Source of the DNA: a virus
Taxonomy: Duplodnaviria > Caudoviricetes
Strand: one strand, 5' to 3'
Virus record (IMG/VR): IMGVR_UViG_3300048850_000019
Coordinates: 1 to 37,609 of that record
DNA: 37,609 nt
Below the pieces are notes generated by a model that searched no databases, had not been told where the DNA came from, and was given only the letters and a program-made list of their open reading frames with translations. Positions 24,822-35,048 of the stretch are shown here, piece after piece. Position 1 is the stretch's first letter, and each line of letters opens with the position of its first letter. A program made the translations under genes and the position numbers.

Positions 24822-26033
24822 ATGTCTAAGACGACCCAGGAGCTCCTTTCGGAGGTCTCCAACGAACTCGTGCGCGTTTCTTCGGACTTCTCGAAGAAGG
24901 CGGAAGATTGCCTTGCCGAGGTGAAGAACGCCGGCAAGCTGTCGGAGAACACCAAGGCCGAAGTCGATAAGCTGGCCACGACGCACAACGCGTTGGCGGG
25001 AAGCGTGGAAGCCCTGACGGCCCGCCTTGGCGAAGTCGAGCAGAACAGCGCGCGCCGTCGCGGCGAAGGTGCTGACCGTCCGAAGTCCTTCGGGCAGCAG
25101 GTGGTCGAAGGCGAAGCGCTCAAGGGCGTCACGTCGAGCATCGGTCGCGGCAAGAGCATCAGCGTCCCGGTGAAGAACGTCACCACGTCGGTGGATATCG
25201 CCGAGGGTGTGGTTGAACCCCAGCGGCTGCCGGGCATCGACGTTGCACCCAAGCAGCGCCTGTTCATCCGCGATCTGATTGCTCCGGGCCGTACCACGTC
25301 CCCCGCCATCTTCTGGGTGCAGCAGACCGGGTTCACGAACGCTGCTGCCGTGATCGCCACGGAAGGCACGGCCAAGCCATACTCCGACATCGAGTTCGCC
25401 ACCAAGATCACGCCGGTCGCCACGCTCGCGCATATGTTCAAGGCGTCGAAGCAGATCCTCGATGACTTCGCGCAGCTCCAGTCGATGATCGACGCGGAAA
25501 TGCGCTACGGTCTGAAGTACGTCGAAGAGCAGGAAATCCTCTTCGGCACCGGTGTGGGCGGCCATCTGGAGGGCATCGTCCCCCAGGCGACCGCGTATGA
25601 TCCGGCGTTCACCGTCGATGCGCAGACGCCGATCGATGACCTCCGCCTTGCGATGTTGCAGTCGCAGTTGGCTCGCCTGCCGGCGACTGGCTTCGTCCTG
25701 CACTTCATCGATTGGGCGAAGATCGAACTGACCAAGGATACCCTTGGCCGGTACATCATCGGCAATCCGCAGTCTCTCGCCGGCCCGACCCTCTGGGGCT
25801 TGCCTGTCGTGGCAACGGAAGCACCCGAGTTCGAGGGCGAGTTCCTGACCGGCGCCTTCCAGACTGCGGCTCAGATCTTCGACCGTGAAGACGCGAACGT
25901 GGTGGTTTCGACCGAAAACGTCGATGACTTCGAGAAGAACTTGGTCAGCATCCGCTGCGAGGAGCGCCTGGCGCTCGCCGTCAAGCGGCCAGAAGCGTTC
26001 GTCACCGGCCCCTTCACCGTTCCCACCCCCTAA
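24822..26033 (+). CDS. HK97-fold major capsid protein
   Basis: Delta-domain coiled coil; IRDLI, EGTAKP, SKQILDD, LWGLPVV, EERLALAV. Confidence 0.96.
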   Translation: MSKTTQELLSEVSNELVRVSSDFSKKAEDCLAEVKNAGKLSENTKAEVDKLATTHNALAGSVEALTARLGEVEQNSARRRGEGADRPKSFGQQVVEGEALKGVTSSIGRGKSISVPVKNVTTSVDIAEGVVEPQRLPGIDVAPKQRLFIRDLIAPGRTTSPAIFWVQQTGFTNAAAVIATEGTAKPYSDIEFATKITPVATLAHMFKASKQILDDFAQLQSMIDAEMRYGLKYVEEQEILFGTGVGGHLEGIVPQATAYDPAFTVDAQTPIDDLRLAMLQSQLARLPATGFVLHFIDWAKIELTKDTLGRYIIGNPQSLAGPTLWGLPVVATEAPEFEGEFLTGAFQTAAQIFDREDANVVVSTENVDDFEKNLVSIRCEERLALAVKRPEAFVTGPFTVPTP

Positions 26034-26040
26034 CAGCATC

Positions 26041-26072
26041 GGCCGCCCTGGGCATCTGGGGCGGCCTTTCTC
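26041..26072 (+). terminator. Intrinsic terminator-like hairpin after capsid gene
   Basis: GGCCGCCCT-GGGCATCT-GGGGCGGCC then TTTCTCT. Confidence 0.65.
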
Positions 26073-26090
26073 TCAATTGAGGAGACGGCA

Positions 26091-26267
26091 ATGGACCTGA
26101 AAGCATTGCGAACCTTCCGGTTCGGCAACACCAATATTCGTCGCGGTGGCAAGGTCGAGATGACTGACGCCCGCGCCAAGGAACATATCACGCGCGGCTT
26201 GGTCGAAGAGATCAAGGCACCGGCTCCCAAGCCGAAGCCGAAGGCTGACGATAAGCCGAAGGACTGA
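26091..26267 (+). CDS. Small head-associated protein
   Basis: Own translation MDLKALRTFRFG..ARAKEHITRGLVE..PKPKPK; GAGGAG RBS. Confidence 0.75.
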   Translation: MDLKALRTFRFGNTNIRRGGKVEMTDARAKEHITRGLVEEIKAPAPKPKPKADDKPKD

Positions 26268-26269
26268 TC

Positions 26270-26788
26270 ATGCGCGTCGTCGTCATCACGCCTCCTGATC
26301 CTATCGTCTCATGGGAAGAGGCCAAGGCGCATCTGCGTCTCGATACGGATGACGAGCAAGCCTATGTCGTCGCGCTGATCGCGGCGGCTCAGCAATGGAT
26401 CGACGGGCCGGGCGGATGGCTTGGCCGGTGTGTCGGCGTGCAGACGCTGGAACTTCGAGCGCAAACAAACTCGTTCAACTGCATCCAGCTTCCTTACCCG
26501 CCTGTGGTCGAGGTTGAGGAAGCCACGATCGACGGCGAACCCTTGGTGGTCGCAGAGCGCGTTGACGGCCTGTTCTCTATCGTCAGCTCGTCGGCCGCTA
26601 TGTTTGGCCCGCTTATCGTGCGCTACCGCGCCGGCTACGAGACAATCCCAGCGCCGATCAAGCAGGCGATCCTATTGCTCGTCGGCCAGTGGTATTCCTT
26701 CCGCTCCAATGTGGCAGAAGACGGCGCACCCGCTGAAATCCCAATGGCGGTCGAGGCGCTGCTTTCAACTTATCGCGTGTGGCTATGA
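26270..26788 (+). CDS. Head-tail connector (HK97 gp6-like)
   Basis: VSWEEAKAHLRLD..IKQAILLLVGQWY..VEALLSTYR. Confidence 0.9.
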   Translation: MRVVVITPPDPIVSWEEAKAHLRLDTDDEQAYVVALIAAAQQWIDGPGGWLGRCVGVQTLELRAQTNSFNCIQLPYPPVVEVEEATIDGEPLVVAERVDGLFSIVSSSAAMFGPLIVRYRAGYETIPAPIKQAILLLVGQWYSFRSNVAEDGAPAEIPMAVEALLSTYRVWL

Positions 26789-27132
26789 AGCCGCTCAACA
26801 TCGGCCGCATGGACCGGCGTATCACCCTGCAGATGGATGGCGTGCAAATCGGCACCGATCCATTCAACGATCCAATCTTGGGCGAACCCCTGAACTTAAC
26901 CGTCTGGGCCTCGAAAGAGGACATCAAGGACGGCGAGCGTTATGCGGCGCAGGAGGTTGGTGCCGAGGTGACGACACGCTTCCGTATTCGATGGTCGGAT
27001 GCCGTCAAGAACTTCGACCCTCGCGGCCGGGTGCTGTTCGATGGTCGGACTTACTCGATTTCTGCCGTGAAGGAGCTTGGCCGCCGAGAAGGCCTCGAAA
27101 TCACCGCTGCGGCGCGCGCGGAGCGCGTCTGA
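26785..27132 (+). CDS. Head closure protein (SPP1 gp16-like)
   Basis: GRMDRRITLQ..VWA..RFRIRW..RVLFDGRTYSI. Confidence 0.88.
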   Translation: MKPLNIGRMDRRITLQMDGVQIGTDPFNDPILGEPLNLTVWASKEDIKDGERYAAQEVGAEVTTRFRIRWSDAVKNFDPRGRVLFDGRTYSISAVKELGRREGLEITAAARAERV

Positions 27133-27593
27133 TGGCGAAGACCACAGTCAGCGTTGACGGTCTCAAGGAATTGGATATCGCGCTCGGCGAACTTCCGAAG
27201 GCGACCGCAAAAGGCGTTTTGCGGCGCGTTCTGCGCATGGCAGCGCAGCCGGTAGCAAACGATTACGCCTCGTCTGTGCGCGTTGATCAGGGCGAGCTTC
27301 GCGACAGTGCTGGTGTCGGAACCAAGCTGACCCGCAGGCAGCAGTCAGCCCACCGCAAGATGTTCAGGAACGACAAGGCCAGCGTTGAGATGTTCGTCGG
27401 TGCCGGCGGTCTTGCCCAGGCGATCACCGAAGAGTTCGGCACCATCGACCAATCTCCGCACCCGGCTTTGCGCCCCGCGTGGGACAGCAACAAGGACGCG
27501 GTGCTCAACACCATCAAGACCGAGCTTGGCGCCGAGATCACCAAGGCTGCCGCGCGTCTGGCACGCAAGCAGGCGCGATTGCTGAAAGGTTGA
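27132..27593 (+). CDS. HK97 gp10-like tail completion protein
   Basis: VDGLKEL..GELRDS..EFGT..PHPALRPAWD. Confidence 0.88.
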   Translation: MAKTTVSVDGLKELDIALGELPKATAKGVLRRVLRMAAQPVANDYASSVRVDQGELRDSAGVGTKLTRRQQSAHRKMFRNDKASVEMFVGAGGLAQAITEEFGTIDQSPHPALRPAWDSNKDAVLNTIKTELGAEITKAAARLARKQARLLKG

Positions 27594-27596
27594 GCC

Positions 27597-28004
27597 GTGG
27601 AAGAAAGCCTTGTCGCGCTTCTCCTGGCTGATGCCGGGCTGGAAGCGCTTGTCACCAACCGCATCAACTGGAACGTGAAGCCGCAGGCCTCGGGCTTGCC
27701 GGCGATCATCCTTACGGAAGCCAGCGGCACGCCGGACTATCATGCTCAAGGGCCGTCGGGGCTCGTTGAAAGCCGGGTTCAGGTTGATGTCTGGGGCAAA
27801 ACCTACGGGCAGATGAAAACCGTTGCCCGCGCGGTTGAGGCACGCCTTTCGGGTATGCGCGAAATTTCAGGCGGCACACAGTTTCAGGGGGCGTTCCTGC
27901 AAAGCAGTCGAGCGTCCTTCGAGGAAGGTTCGGGCGGTGTGCAGATGCACCGAAGCTCGATGGATTTCATGGTTCATCATCGAAAGGTTCAAGGCAATGG
28001 CTGA
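27597..28004 (+). CDS. Tail terminator (DUF3168-like)
   Basis: ALLLADAGLEALV..RVQVDVWG. Confidence 0.8.
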   Translation: MEESLVALLLADAGLEALVTNRINWNVKPQASGLPAIILTEASGTPDYHAQGPSGLVESRVQVDVWGKTYGQMKTVARAVEARLSGMREISGGTQFQGAFLQSSRASFEEGSGGVQMHRSSMDFMVHHRKVQGNG

Positions 28005-28440
28005 GCACGAATCCCAGGCAATGATCGGCTACGGCATGATCTTCGCCTGTTCCGCTGATGGCGGAACAACATACGTTGACGTGGCGGAGGTCTATGACAT
28101 CACGCCGCCGAGCGAGGCGACCGAAACGGTGGATGTCACCCACTCGCAGTCGCCCGGTCGCTACCGCGAATTCATCGAGGCGCTGATCGACGGCGGCGAA
28201 TGCACGTTTTCGATGAACTTCGTTCCAGGCTCTGCTTCGGACAAGCTCATTCGCGCGCAACGCGGTCAAGGGCGTATCCCTTGCCGGATTACGTTCCCGA
28301 ACGGTGTTGAATGGCGCTTCAAGGGCGTGCGCACCGGCTATCAGCCGGCGGCCCCGCTCGATGACAAGATGACTGCAGATGTGACCTACAAGATCAGCGG
28401 CCCGACGTTGGTTGACGACGAGGAGCCCGCGAATGGCTAA
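27997..28440 (+). CDS. Major tail tube protein
   Basis: VAEVYDITPP..VDVTH..REFIEALIDGGE..MNFVPG..YKISG. Confidence 0.88.
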   Translation: MAEHESQAMIGYGMIFACSADGGTTYVDVAEVYDITPPSEATETVDVTHSQSPGRYREFIEALIDGGECTFSMNFVPGSASDKLIRAQRGQGRIPCRITFPNGVEWRFKGVRTGYQPAAPLDDKMTADVTYKISGPTLVDDEEPANG

Positions 28441-28777
28441 CCCGATCAAGGGAGAAGTCGCCTTCACCGCCAATGGCGCCGAATACACGCTCCTCTTCGA
28501 CTTCAACGCGCTTTGCGAGATCGAGGAGGAGTTCGGTGTCAGCGTCACCGCGATTGGCGACCTTCTTGCCGGCGACAACGTGAAGGTGACCGACATCCGC
28601 CGCATGTTCCGCATCGGCCTCCTTCGCCACCACGAAGGTGCAACGCTTGAAGAAACTGGCGATATCATCACCGAAGTTGGGCCTGCCAAGGCCGGCGCGC
28701 TAATCCAAGAAGCGTTCACCAAGGCGTTTCCTGCGGAGGTTGCCGACAAGGGCACCAGCCGCCCCCGGAAGCGGTAG
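28433..28777 (+). CDS. Tail assembly chaperone G (GTA gp10-like)
   Basis: MANPIKGEV..LFDFNALCEIEE. Confidence 0.85.
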   Translation: MANPIKGEVAFTANGAEYTLLFDFNALCEIEEEFGVSVTAIGDLLAGDNVKVTDIRRMFRIGLLRHHEGATLEETGDIITEVGPAKAGALIQEAFTKAFPAEVADKGTSRPRKR

Positions 28778-29097
28778 AGCCCTGGAACTTTCTCGGGCTC
28801 TACGGAACATGGTGCGGTGAGTTCGGCATGCCGCCGGACGACTTCTGGAAGCAGACACCGCGCCTTATCCTGGCGATCACGGAAGCGAAGATCAGAGACC
28901 GCAAGCGCGCTCAAACTGACAACGCCGTCCTCGCCTATCAGACCGCCCGCCTCGGGCGCATCGACAAATTCCCACAGTTCAAGACGGTGCTGAAAGACTT
29001 CCTTCCCTCGGATGCGAAGTCCTCGCGAACGGAACCCCTGCCTTGGCAGAAGGGTCTCGAAATCGCGCGGCAATGGATGGCGGCACTCGCGAGGTAA
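28762..29097 (+). CDS. Tail assembly chaperone T segment (likely expressed as G-T by -1 frameshift)
   Basis: -1 frame reads PEAVEPWNFLGLYGTWCGEFGMPPDDFWKQTPR; located between G and tape measure. Confidence 0.7.
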   Translation, partial: PPEAVEPWNFLGLYGTWCGEFGMPPDDFWKQTPRLILAITEAKIRDRKRAQTDNAVLAYQTARLGRIDKFPQFKTVLKDFLPSDAKSSRTEPLPWQKGLEIARQWMAALAR

Positions 29098-29100
29098 AGC

Positions 29101-31383
29101 ATGGCTGGTAATGCCGTCATCGGGGCGCTTCGCGTTAACCTCGGGATTGACACAGCGCAGTTCTCCGAAGGGCTGCAAAAGGCGCAGTCGTCGCTGTCCA
29201 AGGTCGGCGCGATGATGAAGACGGCCTTCGTCGCGGCAGCTGCTGCCGCTGCCGCTGCAATCGCCGGCATTGGCTTGGCCTTGAAGGGCATGATCAACGA
29301 TGCCGACGATATGTCGAAGGCAGCATCCAAGATCGGCATCCCTATCGAGGAGCTTTCGAAGCTGCGCTACGCTGCGGATATGTCCGGCGTCTCAATGGAG
29401 GGGCTGCAGACGGGCGTCCGTAAACTGTCTCAGGGCATGCTTGCTTTCGTGCAGAAAGGCACGGGCCCGGCTGCGGATGCCTTCAAGCGGCTGGGTATCG
29501 AGGTCAAGAACTCGGATGGCTCGCTCCGTTCGTCAACGGACGTAATGGGCCAGATCGCCGATCGCTTCGCGGCGATGCCGGACGGTGTGCAAAAAACCGC
29601 GCTTGCGGTGCAACTGTTCGGCAAGGCAGGCACCGACATGATCCCGATGCTGAACGGCGGTTCGGCGGCGCTCAAGCAGATGACCGACGAAGCCGAGCAG
29701 TTCGGCCTGGTCATCAGCGAGGAAACAGGCAAGCGAGCGGAAGCTTTCAACGACAACCTGTCGCGTCTCAGTTACGCAGGGCAGGGTCTCACAACCATGC
29801 TCATGGCGGCGTTGTTGCCGGCATTGGTTACGATCACGGATGGCATTGTTGCCGCCGTAAAAGGCCTCGGCAGCATGCTCGAATATCTGCCGGTGGTCGC
29901 GGAATATGCTGCGGTGGCGGGTAGCGCTCTGGGCCTGATGATGAGCCCGATGATCATCAGCGGCATCTTGGCCGGCGCGCAGGCGATCGGCGTTGTGCTT
30001 GTTGGGGCGATCCACACAGTAACCGCTGCGATGGCAGCGAACCCCCTCGGCGCGCTTGTTGTCGGCATCACCCTCGCAATTACGGCGGCCTACCATTTCC
30101 GCGACGAAATTAGCCAAGCCATCGGCGTCGATGTTGTCCAGGTCACGAAGGACGCGGCGAACGCAACCATCGGCGCCTTCGTTGGTGCCTATGAAGGCAT
30201 CAAGGCAGCTTGGTCAGGCTTGCCATCAGCTCTCGGCGCGATCGTCATTGGCACGGCAAACACCGTGATCAAGGGCATGGAAAGCATGGTCAACCGTGCT
30301 GTCGAGAAGATCAACGGCTTCATCCAGACGGTGAACACCCTTGTTGCCTCGCTGCCATTCGGCGCGGGAGAGGGCATCCAGATCGGCGCGGTTGGAGCCG
30401 TGGACTTCGGCGAGATCACGAACGTCTATGCGGCGAAGGCCAAGGAAGCAGCGGACGCCTTCAACGGCGCGTTTGCTGCGGCCCAGAAGGATTACTTTGC
30501 GGGCTCTGGTGGCGAGGCAATCGCCACGGGGCTACGCAGCGCAACCGACGCAGCTGACGACCTTTCAAACGCACTGGCTGGTGGAAGCGGCGGTGGCGGA
30601 GGAAAGAAGGGCAAGGGCAAAAAGGCCGGCGTTTCGGATGCTGCCAAAGCGGCAAAGAAGTCGCTTGAGGATATGAACGCCGAAGGCAAGCGCATCTTCG
30701 AGCAGACGCGAACACCGGCCGAACAGCTTCAAGCGCGTCTGGATCGTCTCAGCGAGTTGCTGAAGTCCGGCGCGATCGATTGGGAAACCTACAGCCGCGC
30801 CGTGAAGATGGCGCAGGAAGACATGGCCGGTGCCGGCAAAGGCATGACCACCCTGGGCGACATCGGCGAGACGATAGGGCAATCAATCAGCGGTGCCTTC
30901 CAAGGTCTTGTGGACGGCTCAAAGAAAATCAAAGACGTGCTGCTCGATCTGACAGGCCAGCTTTCATCCATGCTTTTGAACAACGGCTTCAAGTCGCTGT
31001 TCAGCGGGTTGGGCGGCGGCGGTGGGTTTCTCGGGAGCCTGTTCGGCGGAGGCTTCAAGTCAACGCCGGGCGGCTTTGGTGCAATGCTCGGCCTGCCCGG
31101 CTTCGCCAACGGCGGTTCGTTCAACGTCGGAGGCTCAGGCGGCATCGACAGCCAGCTAGTCGCCTTCCGTGCCAGCCCGAGCGAGAACGTCAGCATCACC
31201 AAGCCGGGGCAGGAACGCTCAGGCGGGGCAATGGCGGTTCATGTCGTGCCGTCACCCTACTTTGACGTGCATGTTGAGCGGATCGCCGACAACACTGCGC
31301 AAACCCGCGTTGCACAGGGCCAGCAGCAGGCACAGCGCACGTTCCCCGGCATGCAGGCCGATCGTACCCGGAGGTATGGCTGA
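29101..31383 (+). CDS. Tape measure protein
   Basis: IGALRVNLGIDTAQFSEGL; Ala/Gly-rich; C-terminal GFANGG. Confidence 0.95.
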   Translation: MAGNAVIGALRVNLGIDTAQFSEGLQKAQSSLSKVGAMMKTAFVAAAAAAAAAIAGIGLALKGMINDADDMSKAASKIGIPIEELSKLRYAADMSGVSMEGLQTGVRKLSQGMLAFVQKGTGPAADAFKRLGIEVKNSDGSLRSSTDVMGQIADRFAAMPDGVQKTALAVQLFGKAGTDMIPMLNGGSAALKQMTDEAEQFGLVISEETGKRAEAFNDNLSRLSYAGQGLTTMLMAALLPALVTITDGIVAAVKGLGSMLEYLPVVAEYAAVAGSALGLMMSPMIISGILAGAQAIGVVLVGAIHTVTAAMAANPLGALVVGITLAITAAYHFRDEISQAIGVDVVQVTKDAANATIGAFVGAYEGIKAAWSGLPSALGAIVIGTANTVIKGMESMVNRAVEKINGFIQTVNTLVASLPFGAGEGIQIGAVGAVDFGEITNVYAAKAKEAADAFNGAFAAAQKDYFAGSGGEAIATGLRSATDAADDLSNALAGGSGGGGGKKGKGKKAGVSDAAKAAKKSLEDMNAEGKRIFEQTRTPAEQLQARLDRLSELLKSGAIDWETYSRAVKMAQEDMAGAGKGMTTLGDIGETIGQSISGAFQGLVDGSKKIKDVLLDLTGQLSSMLLNNGFKSLFSGLGGGGGFLGSLFGGGFKSTPGGFGAMLGLPGFANGGSFNVGGSGGIDSQLVAFRASPSENVSITKPGQERSGGAMAVHVVPSPYFDVHVERIADNTAQTRVAQGQQQAQRTFPGMQADRTRRYG

Positions 31384-32063
31384 TGGCGCTGGGATGGCCC
31401 GAATGGCTCGTGCCGCGTCACATGAGCTGGCACATCGAGAATGCAAGCCGGTCGGGTGGTGTCGCTACCAACGGTCAGGAACAGGTCATCGGCTCGATGT
31501 CGGGCCGATGGGTTGTCAGTTTGTTGGAATGCCCGGTTCGCACAGATGACGAGGTGCTTGGCTTCCGCGCGCTGATGACCTCCTTGCGCGGGCGCAGCGG
31601 CACGATCGTGGTTCCGGCTTTTGACCGCCAGCCCCGGCAGAACTGGCCGGTTGATCCTTATGATCGCGTGTTGTCGCCTGAGAACGTGCGCCGGACACGG
31701 TTGGACGGCACGATCTATCAAGATCCCCGCATTCCCGCGCAAAGCCAGATCACGGCAACCTTCACGGCAGCGGCGGCCCGGCGCGCGACAACGGTCTCGC
31801 TGGCGGTCACGGCCGGCGCGCCCATCAAGGTCGGGCAATACTTCTCGCCGCGTTTGGGCAAGATGCACATGATCACCGAAGCCCTTGGCGGCAATCAGTA
31901 CCGCATCGAGCCGCCATTGCGATTGCCTGAGGCATCAGGTGCGCCGATCGACCTTGTGAACCCATCCTGCGAGATGCGCCTTGCGGACGATGATGCGGGG
32001 CGGATTGAGCTTCAGTATGGCCGATATGGCTTTGTGACGCTTAACCTGGTTGAGGCGTTCTGA
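31383..32063 (+). CDS. Distal tail-like protein
   Basis: Position after tape measure gene. Confidence 0.65.
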   Translation: MALGWPEWLVPRHMSWHIENASRSGGVATNGQEQVIGSMSGRWVVSLLECPVRTDDEVLGFRALMTSLRGRSGTIVVPAFDRQPRQNWPVDPYDRVLSPENVRRTRLDGTIYQDPRIPAQSQITATFTAAAARRATTVSLAVTAGAPIKVGQYFSPRLGKMHMITEALGGNQYRIEPPLRLPEASGAPIDLVNPSCEMRLADDDAGRIELQYGRYGFVTLNLVEAF

Positions 32064-32632
32064 TGGCCAACTTCACCCTTGTTCAGCAAGCAGCGGCGGC
32101 AGGGCGCGAGCTCGCCCTTGAAGCCTTGGTGGAGTTCTACTTTTCGTCGGGCACGATGCGGCTTTGGTCGGGTTCGGGCTTTCTTGACTTCGATGGTGTT
32201 GAGTGGACCGGCTCGGGCGTGCTTGGCTCGATCTCCGCTCTGCCGTTCGGGGAGAACGACTCGGCCGACAAAGTTACCTTCCAGCTGTCCGGTGTGAACC
32301 CGCAGCTGGTGCAACAGGTCAGCCAAGGCGAGCCTGTTCAAGATCGTGACGTGGCGATCTACGGGCTGTTCTTCGATCTTGCGACTTCGCAGCCGCTCGG
32401 CGGCAAGTTCTTCATCCGCACCATGATCATGGACAAGCCTAGCTACTCGGCAAAGGGGCCCTCCGAGCGCGCCATCCAGCTTTCATCAGAAACGATCTGG
32501 ACAGCCCGCAACCTGGCATCCTTCGCCGTCTGGTCTGACCGCGACCAGCAAACGCGCTACCCGGGCGATCGTGGATGCCAGTTCATCCCAAGCCTGAAGT
32601 CCAAAGAAATCCCGTGGCCGATCTTCTCCTAG
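32063..32632 (+). CDS. Tail tip/baseplate hub protein
   Basis: MRLWSGSG..WTGSG; WSDRDQQTRYPGDRGCQF. Confidence 0.7.
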   Translation: MANFTLVQQAAAAGRELALEALVEFYFSSGTMRLWSGSGFLDFDGVEWTGSGVLGSISALPFGENDSADKVTFQLSGVNPQLVQQVSQGEPVQDRDVAIYGLFFDLATSQPLGGKFFIRTMIMDKPSYSAKGPSERAIQLSSETIWTARNLASFAVWSDRDQQTRYPGDRGCQFIPSLKSKEIPWPIFS

Positions 32633-33015
32633 AGGATGATCTGTCGCGTTTCATTCGCGCGGCAACGGAACGCTCAATCTGCTGGGGCGAATGGGATTGC
32701 CTGATGTTCGTGGCCTCTTGGGTGCGCGAGCGGCGCGGCGATGATCCGGCGCAGCCTTGGCGCGGGCGCTACCGCAGCGAGTTCGGCGCGGCCCGCATGA
32801 TGCTGGAACAAGGTGGCATGGTCCCGCTCATGGCTCTCGGCCTCGGCGCAATAGGCATGCAGCGAACCAACGATCCGAAGCGCGGCGACGTGGCCGTGGT
32901 GAATGGTGCCGAAGGCGAGACGGGAGCGATCATCTTGGGCGTCAATTCCGCTTCCATTGGCCATCGTGGCCTGTTCGTGCGCCGTGCGCCCATCGTGGCA
33001 GCCTGGAGCGTCTGA
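32614..33015 (+). CDS. NlpC/P60-like tail-associated protein
   Basis: WGEWDCLMFVASWV..PKRGDVAV; start uncertain (GTG 32614). Confidence 0.75.
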   Translation: MADLLLEDDLSRFIRAATERSICWGEWDCLMFVASWVRERRGDDPAQPWRGRYRSEFGAARMMLEQGGMVPLMALGLGAIGMQRTNDPKRGDVAVVNGAEGETGAIILGVNSASIGHRGLFVRRAPIVAAWSV

Positions 33016-35048
33016 TGCCTCCAGTAGGTGCTTTCCTTGCCGCAGCCGCAACATCGATCGGCGCGGCCGCAACGGCTGCCGGCACGTTCCTGGCATCAAC
33101 AGCAATCGGGCAAGCGGTCGGGTCGATCGCTCTGTCGCTTGGCTTGTCCTATGTGCAGTCGATCCTCAACCGGCCAAAGCAGCAGAAGCCTAGCGACGGG
33201 CAGCAGGAATATCGGCAGGCCATCCCGAACCGCACATGGGTCTATGGCCGGATGAAGGTCTCCGGTGCGTATGCGTTCTGGGAGAGCCGAAACAGTTCCG
33301 CCTATAAGGTTGTGCTTTTGTCATCGCGCGGCATCGACGCCGTGGAGCGCATCTACCTCGATGACATGCCGGTGGACCGCCGTGCAGATGGCGGTGTGAC
33401 CTCAAAGCCTACCTTCGACGCAGACGGTAAAAGCCAAGGCCCGAATGTCTGGGTTGATGTCTTCCTCGGGCAAGAGGATCAGGCCGCATCACAGCGCTTG
33501 ATGGATGCTTTCCCTGGCGAGTGGACGGCAGATCATCGTTTGCGCGGTGCCGCCTATCTCGTGCAGCAATCGCGATCCGTGGACCCCGAAGCTTTCAACA
33601 AGTATTTCCCGAACGGGGAGCCAAAAATCTCGGCGCTCATTCGCGGCGTGGGCATGTTCGATCCGCGCGATGGTGTCTCTCGCTGGTCCGACAACGCCGC
33701 CCTTGCGGTGCTGGATTATCTGCTGGCATCGGACGGCTACGATCACGCCCCCGAGCGCATCGAATTCGGCTCGTTCCGCACCTATGCAGACCTTTGCGAC
33801 CAGATCGTCAATGGCCAGAAGCGCTATCGCATCGCTACGATTGTAGACCTCACCGAACCGCGCAAGCAGGTGTTGCAGCGGTTGCTAGAAGCTTGCGATG
33901 CGCAGCTTTTCACCACGACAGACGGCAAGATCGCGATCCGTGGCGGGCAGTGGGAAGAACCCACGGTGTTCATCGACTATGACGAAGGGCATATCATCGA
34001 AGCCTCCTGGGGCTCGCCTGACGCGATGGACCGCTACAACGAGCTCGCGATCCAGTATCTTGATCCCGATCTCGATTTCGTGGAGAACGAGGCCGCGTCT
34101 TGGCAAGACCCGATCAGCGTGGCGACGGGCAAGCTGGTCACCCAGCCGCTCGAACTGTTTCAGGTGCCGAGCCAGAGCCAAGCGCGCCGCCTCGCGAAGA
34201 TACGCATGGCTCGCGACAATTCACGATGGACTGGTGAGCTTGTCACCAACCTTGCCGGCCTGAATTGCATCGGGGAGCGGATCGTTCGCATCCGGTTCCC
34301 AGAGCTGTCGATCGATGCGCCATTCTGGATCGAGAGCTTGGAGCTTTCTCCAGACCTCACAACCGTGAACCTCAAGGTGCGCTCGGCCAGCCAGGCGTCC
34401 TATGATTGGTCGCCGGCGGAAGAGGGCACATCAACCGTCATCCCGCCGGACACGACACCGGTGCTTGATCTCTCCCCACCTGTCCTGACGTTAGCGGAAG
34501 CCAGCGGCCCAAGGGTGGTGGCGACATGGACGCCGAGCCAAGCGCTCAACCGGGAATATGCCGTCCGCATCCGTCCGGCATCCCAGCCCAATGCTTGGTC
34601 GATGATGACAGTTGCCAGCACGCGGGATCAGGCGACCTCTGACGTTCTCGCCGGCGGCCAAGCCTATGTCGTGCAGATCAAGGTTTCCGCAGGTCCGCAG
34701 GCGCAAGGCAACTGGTCGGCAGACTACAACATCACCGTCACTGGCACGGTCACCATGCCAGCACCCGAGGCATTCGACAGCCTGCTTGACGGCTCCAATG
34801 TGCTGTTGTCCTGGCGCAACCCGAACACGCCGACCTTCCGCGCTGCACACATCTACCGCGCAGCCGGTGCTGGCGCAGCGTTCTCGTCATCGGCGGACCT
34901 CCTTGGCCCGATCTATGGCAGCCCGAACCAAGTCATGACGATCACGGATGCACCTGGAACGGGCACCTGGCGCTATTGGGTGACGGCCGAACGCACCGAG
35001 AGCCTGATGTCCGCGCCGGTCGGCCCTGAAACGGTGGTGGTGCCATGA
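33015..35048 (+). CDS. Tail tip/host-specificity protein (gpJ-like, FN3-like C-terminal domains)
   Basis: WVYGRMKVSG, HRLRGAAY, WSDNAALAVLDYL, SQARRLAKI; ATG 33015 overlaps upstream stop. Confidence 0.85.
   Translation: MPPVGAFLAAAATSIGAAATAAGTFLASTAIGQAVGSIALSLGLSYVQSILNRPKQQKPSDGQQEYRQAIPNRTWVYGRMKVSGAYAFWESRNSSAYKVVLLSSRGIDAVERIYLDDMPVDRRADGGVTSKPTFDADGKSQGPNVWVDVFLGQEDQAASQRLMDAFPGEWTADHRLRGAAYLVQQSRSVDPEAFNKYFPNGEPKISALIRGVGMFDPRDGVSRWSDNAALAVLDYLLASDGYDHAPERIEFGSFRTYADLCDQIVNGQKRYRIATIVDLTEPRKQVLQRLLEACDAQLFTTTDGKIAIRGGQWEEPTVFIDYDEGHIIEASWGSPDAMDRYNELAIQYLDPDLDFVENEAASWQDPISVATGKLVTQPLELFQVPSQSQARRLAKIRMARDNSRWTGELVTNLAGLNCIGERIVRIRFPELSIDAPFWIESLELSPDLTTVNLKVRSASQASYDWSPAEEGTSTVIPPDTTPVLDLSPPVLTLAEASGPRVVATWTPSQALNREYAVRIRPASQPNAWSMMTVASTRDQATSDVLAGGQAYVVQIKVSAGPQAQGNWSADYNITVTGTVTMPAPEAFDSLLDGSNVLLSWRNPNTPTFRAAHIYRAAGAGAAFSSSADLLGPIYGSPNQVMTITDAPGTGTWRYWVTAERTESLMSAPVGPETVVVP

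Noticed and set aside
26421-27131. Long N-terminal extensions in the ORF track (26421, 27823, 32757, 35368, 16962, 16741, 2411)
   Set aside because: Overlap upstream genes; better starts exist at stop/start overlaps or after RBSs
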